Virus record (IMG/VR): IMGVR_UViG_3300025288_000057
Coordinates: 1-34,399 of that record
Length of the DNA: 34,399 bases
From: a virus
Taxonomy: Duplodnaviria; Caudoviricetes
Direction: 5' to 3' (one strand)
In this document: positions 26,884 through 34,399 of the stretch, piece after piece
Layout of the letters: each line of letters starts with the position of its first letter
How positions within the stretch are numbered: the first letter of the stretch is position 1
Made by a program: the position numbers and the translations under genes
The notes under the pieces: model-generated
The model's input: the letters and a program-made list of their open reading frames with translations, nothing else
Told to the model about the DNA's origin: nothing
Database searches by the model: none

Positions 26884-27744
26884 ATGGATAAGAATGTAAA
26901 AGACGGAATCGAACTAAGAAAGGGCGTCTATAACTACCTTTCATTACCCTTTGATTACAAAGGTACTAAGGTTGAAAATTTCGCTCCTCGAGAGTTAACT
27001 CTAAAGGAAATGAAGTCTTTAGGAAAGATACAATACAAGGCTAACCATCCCTTTGGATGGATAGCTAAAGCGTGTTGTCTATCTATAGAAGAGATGGGGG
27101 GTGTCAAAGTGTACGATGAATATATCTCTTCAGGTAAAATGCCAGAAATAGTAAAAATGATCCCTATGGTCAGTACTAATAACGTATTAGTAGCAGGTCA
27201 TATAGAAACACTAGGGGAACACCTTGAGAATATTAAGGCAATTTGTCCTTCATGTGGGAGTTCCAATGAGGCAGAAATAGATTTACTTAGTTTAGAAGTG
27301 CCTTTCTTAAAAGAAGATACTTTTGAAACTAAAATCTTTAAAGTAGACTTATCTAAAGGTTATACCACAAGTGTAAAATCTCAAGACGAACAGGGGTTAT
27401 CAGCATGCTATACCAGACTATTTTTTAGACTTCCGGTGTTACAAGATCTTCTAAATTTAGAAGATTCATTTACTGAATCTAAGGATTTAAATGAATTTTT
27501 TGAAGAATTAATGGGTCAATGTATTCTGAAAATGGAGAGTGACTCAGGAGAAGATATGCCGGATAACTTCTTGAAGATGCGAAAATCAAGAGTTCTTGCA
27601 TCCCTAAGCCCTAAGGACTGGAAGAAGACTAGGGTTGTGTACAACGAAAATGTTCCGGAGTTGTCGGTGTCTGCATCTAAGCTTTGCACAGAATGCGGTT
27701 CTAAAATAGAGTATAAGATGGAGCAAAATTTTTTATTCCAATAG
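26884..27744 (+). CDS. Tail/baseplate assembly chaperone (T4 gp26-like, two CxxC)
   Basis: RELTLKEMK, CPSCG...EIDL, FRLP, CTECG; upstream of the tape measure; ends at a slippery site. Confidence 0.75.
   Translation: MDKNVKDGIELRKGVYNYLSLPFDYKGTKVENFAPRELTLKEMKSLGKIQYKANHPFGWIAKACCLSIEEMGGVKVYDEYISSGKMPEIVKMIPMVSTNNVLVAGHIETLGEHLENIKAICPSCGSSNEAEIDLLSLEVPFLKEDTFETKIFKVDLSKGYTTSVKSQDEQGLSACYTRLFFRLPVLQDLLNLEDSFTESKDLNEFFEELMGQCILKMESDSGEDMPDNFLKMRKSRVLASLSPKDWKKTRVVYNENVPELSVSASKLCTECGSKIEYKMEQNFLFQ
27726..27735 (+). promoter_or_regulatory. Programmed -1 ribosomal frameshift signal
   Basis: Overlapping, correctly phased heptamers A AAT TTT and T TTT TTA; the -1 frame is open from 27717 to TAA 28050-28052. 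Confidence 0.75.
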
Positions 27745-28052
27745 GATTTTCTATTTTCGAAGAAAGAGAAGTAGATTCCTCAAATTTATTGACTGTATTA
27801 TTCAAAAATTTATTAGACATTTACAGTATTGGAAAAAATAAAGGGAATGTCCCCGCCGAGTTTATATCAGAGATAGTTACTAAGGGATTCAGAGAATCTA
27901 TTCTACTATTTGAAAATGACTTGGTGTACTTTTCAGTGCATACTAGTAATTCTATTAAGGATATGATGGACTGGACGTTTAAGGAATTAAAAGGCAGGTC
28001 TATTATAATAAATAGGGCGTTAAAACAAAAATTTAGAAACAGTGGAGGATAA
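27735..28052 (+). CDS. Frameshift extension of the tail chaperone (gpT/gp51-like part)
   Basis: -1 frame reads IPIGFSIFEEREVDSSNLLTVLF...LVYFSVHTSNSIKDMMDWTFKE; the ORF track gives it only a TTG start at 27789. Confidence 0.7.
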   Translation: MPIGFSIFEEREVDSSNLLTVLFKNLLDIYSIGKNKGNVPAEFISEIVTKGFRESILLFENDLVYFSVHTSNSIKDMMDWTFKELKGRSIIINRALKQKFRNSGG

Positions 28053-30342
28053 CATAAATCTAGGAATTGGATTTGACAGTAAGAGTGTAGATGAATCCAC
28101 TCGGGGTCTTAAAAAGCAGATGAGAGTTGTAGGGGCTATGATGCTCCAGTTTGAAGAAATGAAAAAACAACTAGAAGCTAATGAGAAAGCTGAAAAAAGA
28201 GCATCCGATACTTTGGACGAAATGACTGGAGCGTCTTTAGGATTTTTTAAGAGCATACTACCTAATTTAAGTAATTTACGAGCATCTTTAGAGAAAACTA
28301 TGCCAGGGTTTTCCTTTATATTCAACATTCTAGATAATCTAAAATCTTTAGTAGGAGGTACTTTGAAAAAAGCATTTGATACATTCCTCCTGCCCTTTAA
28401 ATGGATAATAACAAAGGGGATAAAGGCTATACAGTGGGCTACGGACTTTGGTGCCCGAATATCTGAGATAGCAGACTCTGCTGTAAACCTAGAGCATAGG
28501 TTTACTAGATTTTCTAATTTGTTCGGATCAGAGAAATTCGCTGGAAAAATTAATAAGTGGCAGTATGATATGCTGCAGACTATGCCACTTATACGAGAAG
28601 ACTTAGACGACTTTACGGTGCAGATGAGAGAACTAGGTATGGATCCTAGAAACGGCAATCTTAAAGGAGTTATAGGAGCTGCTCTAGGTCCTGGTAATAG
28701 TTTCAGTGGAGTTATGTCTGCCCTTATGGGAGCAGCGGGAGAAAGTAACGACGTGATGGGATTATTTACTTCATTAGGAAGAACCTTATCTCCAGAAAAA
28801 ATAATGAATTCCCTCAGAGGTGCCACTACTCAACAAGAAAGATTTTCTAATCTACTAGAATTAATGAATAAGACTTATGGGACAAATGTTGATAGGTCTC
28901 AAAGATTAATATCTACAAGTTTAAGTCAGATAGATAGTTTCTGGAGTGAATTTAAGGAGGACTTAGTTGGAGCTCCTCAAGAGGGTAATTTACTGTGGTA
29001 TATACAGCAAGTATTTGTTGACATTAAGGGATGGATAGCTAAAAATAAAACGGTACTATTTTCTTTTGCAAATAGCATAAGCCGTGTATTAGGAGGAGTG
29101 GGAAAGGTTATCTATTCCCTATTTACAGGAATGACAAGTTATGGGGCGAAAGCTATTGGGGGAATACGAAACGCTGCTGAACAATTTAAGGGATGGGCTT
29201 TAAGGGCTGAAGGACAATTAGGATTATGGGCTATAAAGATAAAAGATGTTTTTAAAGAGGCTAGTGACCAGGGTTTAGGATTTTGGGCTACCATGGGAAA
29301 ATTATGGACAGATGCATTTGGAGGAAAAACAGGAATGGTATCTAAATTTTGGCAGGGATTTAAGGACATAGGTAGTGATGTAATATCGTGGTTAGGGAAG
29401 AAGTTATCCGACATATTTGGGTATGAATTCCAAAAGGGAGTTTTATCGTTGATAACTAAAGAAGATGGATCATTTAGATGGGGAACAGCAGGGATTGGAG
29501 AGTTCTTCTCAGCTAAGACTGCAGCTTATGAGAAGTTTCATTCTCTAGAAAATATAACATCTGCAGATATAGCAGGAGCTAAGTCTAGACTATTAAATCC
29601 TTCAATGAGACGTAAGATTATAGAAGATTCTCGAAATGTTAGTGTTGGAGAATATAAAAAATCTTATTACGACTTGTCAGATGCCGATAACACTCAATCC
29701 AATCGAGATTTACTAGCCTCTATGGGATACGTAGTTCAAAGAAGAGTCATCGGAGGTTTACAGTATAGTAAATTAGGTTTGACTGACAAAAAAGAAGCGA
29801 GGATACAAAATGAACTCGATAAGTTTTTGTCAACTTCTTCTCCCTCTTTTAAAGCTGGTAATTCTAAAGATGTGGAGGACTTAAGCTCTGCCGGAAACGA
29901 AAGGTTAAGAGCTACAGCCGCAGGTTTGGGAATGAACCTCGAACAACTACAGATAAATTCAACTTATAGACCAGGCACAGCTAATCATGGTTCTAGAGGA
30001 GCGTTTGACATACAAGCTACTCCTGAATTATTAGCTAAATTTAACATCCCTAAGGAATTAACTCAGGTGAATGCTACCAAGTGGCATCCAATAATAGATA
30101 AAGACGGATACAGACTTGCCTATGAATCACCCACAGAAGCTGGTGGAAGAGGGCACTTCCATGTAGATGGTGGTAAGAATCCTGATGGATCTTCAGACGA
30201 CGTTTCCACCAGTATAAGAGATGTGTTTATCACTATAAATACTAAGGCTACTGAACCTAAAGAAGTAGGAAAGGTTGTGGTAGCTGCTGTCAGAAATATA
30301 GATGCACGAGGAGGCACGTTAAAATCCACTAGTAAAATATAA
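28042..30342 (+). CDS. Tape measure protein with C-terminal M15-like metallopeptidase domain
   Basis: INLGIGFD start, long amphipathic helices with periodic W/F, C-terminal INSTYR...HGSRGAFDI...GHFHV. Confidence 0.85.
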   Translation: MEDNINLGIGFDSKSVDESTRGLKKQMRVVGAMMLQFEEMKKQLEANEKAEKRASDTLDEMTGASLGFFKSILPNLSNLRASLEKTMPGFSFIFNILDNLKSLVGGTLKKAFDTFLLPFKWIITKGIKAIQWATDFGARISEIADSAVNLEHRFTRFSNLFGSEKFAGKINKWQYDMLQTMPLIREDLDDFTVQMRELGMDPRNGNLKGVIGAALGPGNSFSGVMSALMGAAGESNDVMGLFTSLGRTLSPEKIMNSLRGATTQQERFSNLLELMNKTYGTNVDRSQRLISTSLSQIDSFWSEFKEDLVGAPQEGNLLWYIQQVFVDIKGWIAKNKTVLFSFANSISRVLGGVGKVIYSLFTGMTSYGAKAIGGIRNAAEQFKGWALRAEGQLGLWAIKIKDVFKEASDQGLGFWATMGKLWTDAFGGKTGMVSKFWQGFKDIGSDVISWLGKKLSDIFGYEFQKGVLSLITKEDGSFRWGTAGIGEFFSAKTAAYEKFHSLENITSADIAGAKSRLLNPSMRRKIIEDSRNVSVGEYKKSYYDLSDADNTQSNRDLLASMGYVVQRRVIGGLQYSKLGLTDKKEARIQNELDKFLSTSSPSFKAGNSKDVEDLSSAGNERLRATAAGLGMNLEQLQINSTYRPGTANHGSRGAFDIQATPELLAKFNIPKELTQVNATKWHPIIDKDGYRLAYESPTEAGGRGHFHVDGGKNPDGSSDDVSTSIRDVFITINTKATEPKEVGKVVVAAVRNIDARGGTLKSTSKI

Positions 30343-30347
30343 ACCAA

Positions 30348-30998
30348 ATGAAAGACACTAATCATGTGATGAGGGGTATGATGGTTAATTTAGACGCAGG
30401 TTTAATGCTTCCCTTTATGCTAAATCCTCAACCTATAACACACACTAAAACCGTTACCTGGGAAACTGAAGAAGTTCCAGGTCTTCCTGCTCCTATTCAT
30501 TATTTTCAGTCTGGAGGAGTTAAGACAATAAGCTTCGATTTGTTCTTTGACGGAAGTGAAGCAGGAAGAAGTTCAGGTCATTTTTCAACAGTCGACCCTA
30601 CAGGAACTTTAGGTTCCGAATCTATAATAGAATCCTTTTTATACCCTCAAGCAGTGTCTGTAAAATCTAAAGAATTTTCAGTAAAGAGCTTGATGCGACG
30701 TAAAAAGTTTGTTAGTCCTCCTGCTGTATATCTACTACTCGGATACAGATTCTGGAAAGGTTATCTGTCTTCTGCTCCTATAGTAGAAAATAAATTTGAC
30801 AAGAATTTATTTCCTATCCAATTTACTACTTCTATAGAATTTACAGTTGTAGAAGATGGTATAATAGACGAATTAAATACAGTTTCTAGAAATACCCTAG
30901 CCCTGTTAAAGAGTTCCCTAAATGCTATGGATCAACTGGTTAATTTACCCAATGCGAATGCCCTTCAGGGAGCATTTGCATTTTCAATTGCGTTATAA
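30348..30998 (+). CDS. Tube initiator/baseplate protein (CIS tube-like, Afp7/P2 gpU-type)
   Basis: FMLNPQPI, FQSGGVKTISFDLFFD, PPAVYLLLG...GYLSS...FD..LFP motifs. Confidence 0.8.
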   Translation: MKDTNHVMRGMMVNLDAGLMLPFMLNPQPITHTKTVTWETEEVPGLPAPIHYFQSGGVKTISFDLFFDGSEAGRSSGHFSTVDPTGTLGSESIIESFLYPQAVSVKSKEFSVKSLMRRKKFVSPPAVYLLLGYRFWKGYLSSAPIVENKFDKNLFPIQFTTSIEFTVVEDGIIDELNTVSRNTLALLKSSLNAMDQLVNLPNANALQGAFAFSIAL

Positions 30999-31270
30999 TG
31001 AGTTTTCCAACTAAAAAATTAGCGTTATCTGGAGAAGAGGTGTCAGTACCTCACATAAGAACCAGAGTTTTATATTCTGAGGGAACTCAATACACTTTGA
31101 TAGATGAAGATTTATTGAGAGATAAAGGAAATGTGTTAGCTTACTTAGCTGGAAAATTTTACGGTGACCCTGCCCTTTATTACATAATACAAGAGAATAA
31201 CCCTCCGATACATGATTCTTTTTTACAGGAGGGATTTGTTATATTCTTGCCTAATTTAAATTCTAATTAA
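30998..31270 (+). CDS. LysM-like/P2 gpX-like baseplate protein
   Basis: LAYLAGKFYGDPALYYIIQENN...GFVIFLP. Confidence 0.8.
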   Translation: MSFPTKKLALSGEEVSVPHIRTRVLYSEGTQYTLIDEDLLRDKGNVLAYLAGKFYGDPALYYIIQENNPPIHDSFLQEGFVIFLPNLNSN

Positions 31271-31277
31271 GGTATCT

Positions 31278-31943
31278 ATGGCTAAAAAATTATTAGTTGG
31301 AGATCACAGACTACAGGGTTATGAATGTTTTAGAGATATTTACTTCTCTATAAACAAGGGACAGGTCTCTAAGAGATACGCAGGACAATCTATAGATAGT
31401 ATGTTTAATAAGTCTATTTACAGTCCCTCTGAAGATGATACAGCGGTAGATCTAGAGTCCACAGAAAAAATGAAATCTGAGGGCTATTTTTTTGTTCCCC
31501 CTAGACTTATACGTGGAGACATAGTGGTATCTCAGGATTTTAATTTAATAGATGAATTCTCCATAACTATAATTGCAAATTTTTTGGAAGTAAGAAATCT
31601 AGTAATAGAAAGAGCAGACGGAAAGGGAGAGCAGTTACTTAATTTTTCTAATAACAGCATACCCTATTACCCTTTAATGGACACTATTCTCCTAGGAAAC
31701 CTATTTGTAAAGGGAAGAGTGGGATATATACAAAATCCAAAGCAATCTATCACCCTAGAAGGAGTATGCGTAGGTATGACTCCCTCATTCAGAGGGGATG
31801 GGATACCTACAGTTACATACAAATTTAGAGATGTTGGTTGGGATATGACCAGAGTAAATCTATCCGCCACTTACCCTAATTTAGGTAAGGATTTAGATTT
31901 AACAGATATAAATAGTGTAATTAATGCAGTAGCTGGGAATTAA
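31278..31943 (+). CDS. Baseplate hub (P2 gpD/VgrG-like), N-terminal part
   Basis: VGY...LEGVCVGMTPSFRGDGIPTVTYKFRD resembles the gpD N-terminal barrel. Confidence 0.6.
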   Translation: MAKKLLVGDHRLQGYECFRDIYFSINKGQVSKRYAGQSIDSMFNKSIYSPSEDDTAVDLESTEKMKSEGYFFVPPRLIRGDIVVSQDFNLIDEFSITIIANFLEVRNLVIERADGKGEQLLNFSNNSIPYYPLMDTILLGNLFVKGRVGYIQNPKQSITLEGVCVGMTPSFRGDGIPTVTYKFRDVGWDMTRVNLSATYPNLGKDLDLTDINSVINAVAGN

Positions 31944-33022
31944 TGGGCAAATACGAGTTTAATAGAGATTTAGGTAAATGGGAAGAGGTAGTTACTCCTA
32001 CTAAGAAAGTTAATCCTCCCCTGAAAGCGATTCCCATTACTAATTTTGGAGTCCAGAAGTCCTTTTCAATAAACTACGCTGCACTGGAGGTTGAATTTTC
32101 AAAAAGTTCTAAGTCCTACATAGATGTCTCTGACCCAGGGGATAGAAGTTGGAGTGTTGTAACGAGTCCCCTAGCTACCATGTCTTTAAGTTTTATTATA
32201 ACTAAGATTATATTAGGCTACGGAAAGGATAAATTTGAAATAAAGGGACTTCCCGACGAGTGGAGTAAGATAATCTACACGGTAGGGAAACCCTTAACCC
32301 AGGACGGGTCTGACTGGGCATTTATTGGAGAAGCGTGTAGAAATTTAGGTTACATGATACGAAGAGAAAATCATGGGAGAGTATTTAGTATAGTAAAGAC
32401 CTCAGATGGTAATCGTGTTCAACCTAATTATTCTATTGGGTTAAATGGGAAAGGAGGAGACGTATTTGATTTAAACTTCCTAGATAGAACTGCCGACGAA
32501 AATCCTACATTTTTAATCCTAGGAGATTTTTCAATAGAAGTAAGTTCTGATACAGGATTTATTCCTCAAGTAAAACAATTTTTAGATGATACTGGAATTT
32601 CCAAAGTAGTTATAAAAGTCCCCGACGGACTCAGTGCTTTTTTAAGAGCTAAACATGTGTTGATGGAAGGAAAATTGGAGGAGGACTATTTGGCCAATAA
32701 AGAAGGGAAATTACATGGAGAAGAAAAAGCCATTTTTGACAGGATAGATAAAACTAATGCTTCCTTAGAAGATTGGTTGCAGTATTATCACGTAGAAACT
32801 CCTGAATACAATTCAAATAACCCTAATGATCAAGGATACTCTATCCACCCCTATGAGGGGTGGTCATGTTCTTTTACTACTCTGGGAAACATGTGGGCTA
32901 CTCCCGGAGAGTGGTTAACTATCCAGGGTACTTCTAGTAATCTGTATTTTCCATTTCAAATTAAGTCTGTAACTCACACATTTGGGCATACTTGGAAGAC
33001 AGCGTATGAAATGATTAGGTAG
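31943..33022 (+). CDS. Baseplate hub (P2 gpD/VgrG-like), C-terminal part
   Basis: LTQDGSDWAFIGEACRNLGY and GNMWATPGEWLTIQG...IKSVTHTF motifs. Confidence 0.7.
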   Translation: MGKYEFNRDLGKWEEVVTPTKKVNPPLKAIPITNFGVQKSFSINYAALEVEFSKSSKSYIDVSDPGDRSWSVVTSPLATMSLSFIITKIILGYGKDKFEIKGLPDEWSKIIYTVGKPLTQDGSDWAFIGEACRNLGYMIRRENHGRVFSIVKTSDGNRVQPNYSIGLNGKGGDVFDLNFLDRTADENPTFLILGDFSIEVSSDTGFIPQVKQFLDDTGISKVVIKVPDGLSAFLRAKHVLMEGKLEEDYLANKEGKLHGEEKAIFDRIDKTNASLEDWLQYYHVETPEYNSNNPNDQGYSIHPYEGWSCSFTTLGNMWATPGEWLTIQGTSSNLYFPFQIKSVTHTFGHTWKTAYEMIR

Positions 33023-33035
33023 GTAAAGCATATAA

Positions 33036-33049
33036 CTTTTATTTAAAAC
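33036..33049 (+). promoter_or_regulatory. Putative late-promoter motif CTTTTATTTAAAAC
   Basis: Begins 22 nt before GTG 33058. Confidence 0.6.
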
Positions 33050-33057
33050 TAGTCTTC

Positions 33058-33771
33058 GTGATACGATTAACCAAAATTATAACTGACGCAAAATACTGGG
33101 ACACTCCCGATCCTAAGAAGATGGGATTTATCCCAGTGTATTTCAGAAATGAAGTCAGATGGGCTAGACCTGTTTTGAATACTCATGAAATTCGAATACC
33201 TACAAAGGAGTGGATATCTAAGTATGGAGACAGTTTGGGCATATATGTTCAGGAATCAATTATAGAAGGAATAAGTACTCTATGGTGGCTAGGATTTTGT
33301 TTATTCGAAAATAATTCTATCAGTACAGAGTTTGATGAGGAATACCCTTACTTAAAGATCCTTCACTTTGATGAAAGTTGGATAGAGTTCTGTTCTAGCA
33401 AAGAAAATAGGAAACGATGGGAGGTAAAGTCTCTGGAAACAGATTACAGTTCTCTTAAGATAGATTCTTCTAACGAGATTATTTCTGTTAATAACAGAAC
33501 TATCAACGGGATGCATTTTTCTAAAGACGAAACAGTTATTCTAGAGAATAATTTATTGTCTCTGGGTGCATTTGGTTCAACAGAACCTGCAGTGCTTGGA
33601 AACGTCTTAAAAACGTGGTTAGAACAGCTGGTAGATGCCTTAGTTTCGACAACTCACACAACTACAGCTCCGGGATTGCCAACAAGCCCTCCTGTGAATG
33701 CTGCCAGTTTTGTAGCATTAAAAGCACAGATACCAACTATATTAAGTTCACTGATAAAATTAAGTAAATGA
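33058..33771 (+). CDS. Baseplate central spike (gpV/gp5-like)
   Basis: DPKKMGFI..WARP OB-fold start, beta-repeat middle, EPAVLGN..L...THTTTAPGLPTSPP tip. Confidence 0.75.
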   Translation: MIRLTKIITDAKYWDTPDPKKMGFIPVYFRNEVRWARPVLNTHEIRIPTKEWISKYGDSLGIYVQESIIEGISTLWWLGFCLFENNSISTEFDEEYPYLKILHFDESWIEFCSSKENRKRWEVKSLETDYSSLKIDSSNEIISVNNRTINGMHFSKDETVILENNLLSLGAFGSTEPAVLGNVLKTWLEQLVDALVSTTHTTTAPGLPTSPPVNAASFVALKAQIPTILSSLIKLSK

Positions 33772-33811
33772 AAAATATTAATATATCAAACAAATTAATT
33801 TATTAAATAGA

Positions 33812-34309
33812 ATGAAATACGATATAACTACAGCAGTAGGAATTGTTTTAAATTCAAAAAGTCAAGTTCTATTAGGTAGATGCCTAACGGATGACGATCG
33901 AAATGGAAAACTATGTTTTCCCGGAGGAGGAGTAGAGGAGGGTGAAGACATATTTTCTGCAGCTATCCGTGAAATTAAAGAGGAGACTAATATAGTTCCC
34001 CTGATAGTTAATACTGCATTTATAGTTCATAGTAGTAAGCCATTTGTAGCTTACGTTGTGCTAACAGATACTGAAACCAACACTCCTATATTCAATGACG
34101 AATATGTCAGAGGGGGTGATTCAGGGTGGTTTGATTTAGACACCCTGCCTTATTCAGATGTCTTCAACTTAAATCTAGATATTTTAACAATGTTGAATCT
34201 TATTCCTAAGCGAGAAATAACTTATGTTAAAGATAATATAGAGTCTGATTCAGATATAGAAGGAATTGTAGAAAGTATACTTTATGGAAGAAAGAAGCGA
34301 GATAACTGA
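33812..34309 (+). CDS. Nudix hydrolase with C-terminal IES/IVES tail
   Basis: Nudix box GGGVEEGEDIFSAAIREIKEETNI. Confidence 0.92.
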   Translation: MKYDITTAVGIVLNSKSQVLLGRCLTDDDRNGKLCFPGGGVEEGEDIFSAAIREIKEETNIVPLIVNTAFIVHSSKPFVAYVVLTDTETNTPIFNDEYVRGGDSGWFDLDTLPYSDVFNLNLDILTMLNLIPKREITYVKDNIESDSDIEGIVESILYGRKKRDN

Positions 34310-34399
34310 ATTAGTTGAATCAGGAAAGACTTTATCTGAGATACATATACTTATTCCTGCTGAGAGAGATACAATAGATTTCTATCTAAGAAAGAAACT
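34284..34399 (+). CDS. Partial ORF with LVES module (runs off the window)
   Basis: MEERSEITELVESGKTLSEIHILIPAERDTIDFYLRKK... Confidence 0.55.
   Translation, partial: MEERSEITELVESGKTLSEIHILIPAERDTIDFYLRKK

Noticed and set aside
2944-31870. All minus-strand ORFs in the track (e.g. 28020-28826, 14489-14938, 12187-12543)
   Set aside because: They lie antisense to well-supported + strand genes, are S/L/I/F-rich shadows, and have no motifs.
20988-33771. Interpretation as a bacterial eCIS or tailocin locus
   Set aside because: Terminase, portal, protease and capsid genes are present, so this is a phage.
1-34399. Stop-codon reassignment (TAG or TGA)
   Set aside because: Core genes are full length in the standard code, and TAG ends genes cleanly (243, 19903, 33022). 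The island lesions are a TAA and indels.

Overview
A 34.4 kb, AT-rich segment of a contractile-tailed dsDNA phage (myovirus). All credible genes are on the + strand. A Bacteroidota host is inferred from A-rich start regions with no consistent Shine-Dalgarno motif. Gene order: lysis cassette (holin-like proteins, M15-family endolysin, spanin-like protein; 1.1-3.2 kb); a decaying accessory island of tiny ORFs and pseudogenes with attC-like boundaries and a stand-alone ribosomal-S3-type KH protein (3.3-6.5 kb); a structured non-coding element (6.55-6.64 kb); deoxynucleoside kinase and terminase; a T4-like head module (portal, core, protease-scaffold fusion, major capsid, neck); sheath and tube; a tail chaperone with a -1 frameshift signal; tape measure with a C-terminal peptidase domain; CIS/P2-like baseplate genes; and a Nudix hydrolase. 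Main observations: (1) a portable 'L[IV]ES..S..EI' peptide module shared by about 10 unrelated proteins and the scaffold, a candidate capsid-targeting/cleavage tag for cargo; (2) an attC-like cassette array with no integrase in the window; (3) an 11-copy CTTTTATTT(T)AAA putative late promoter; (4) a -1 frameshift in a gp26-like chaperone; (5) a candidate pseudoknotted RNA. All calls come from motif reading and gene order; no searches were run.
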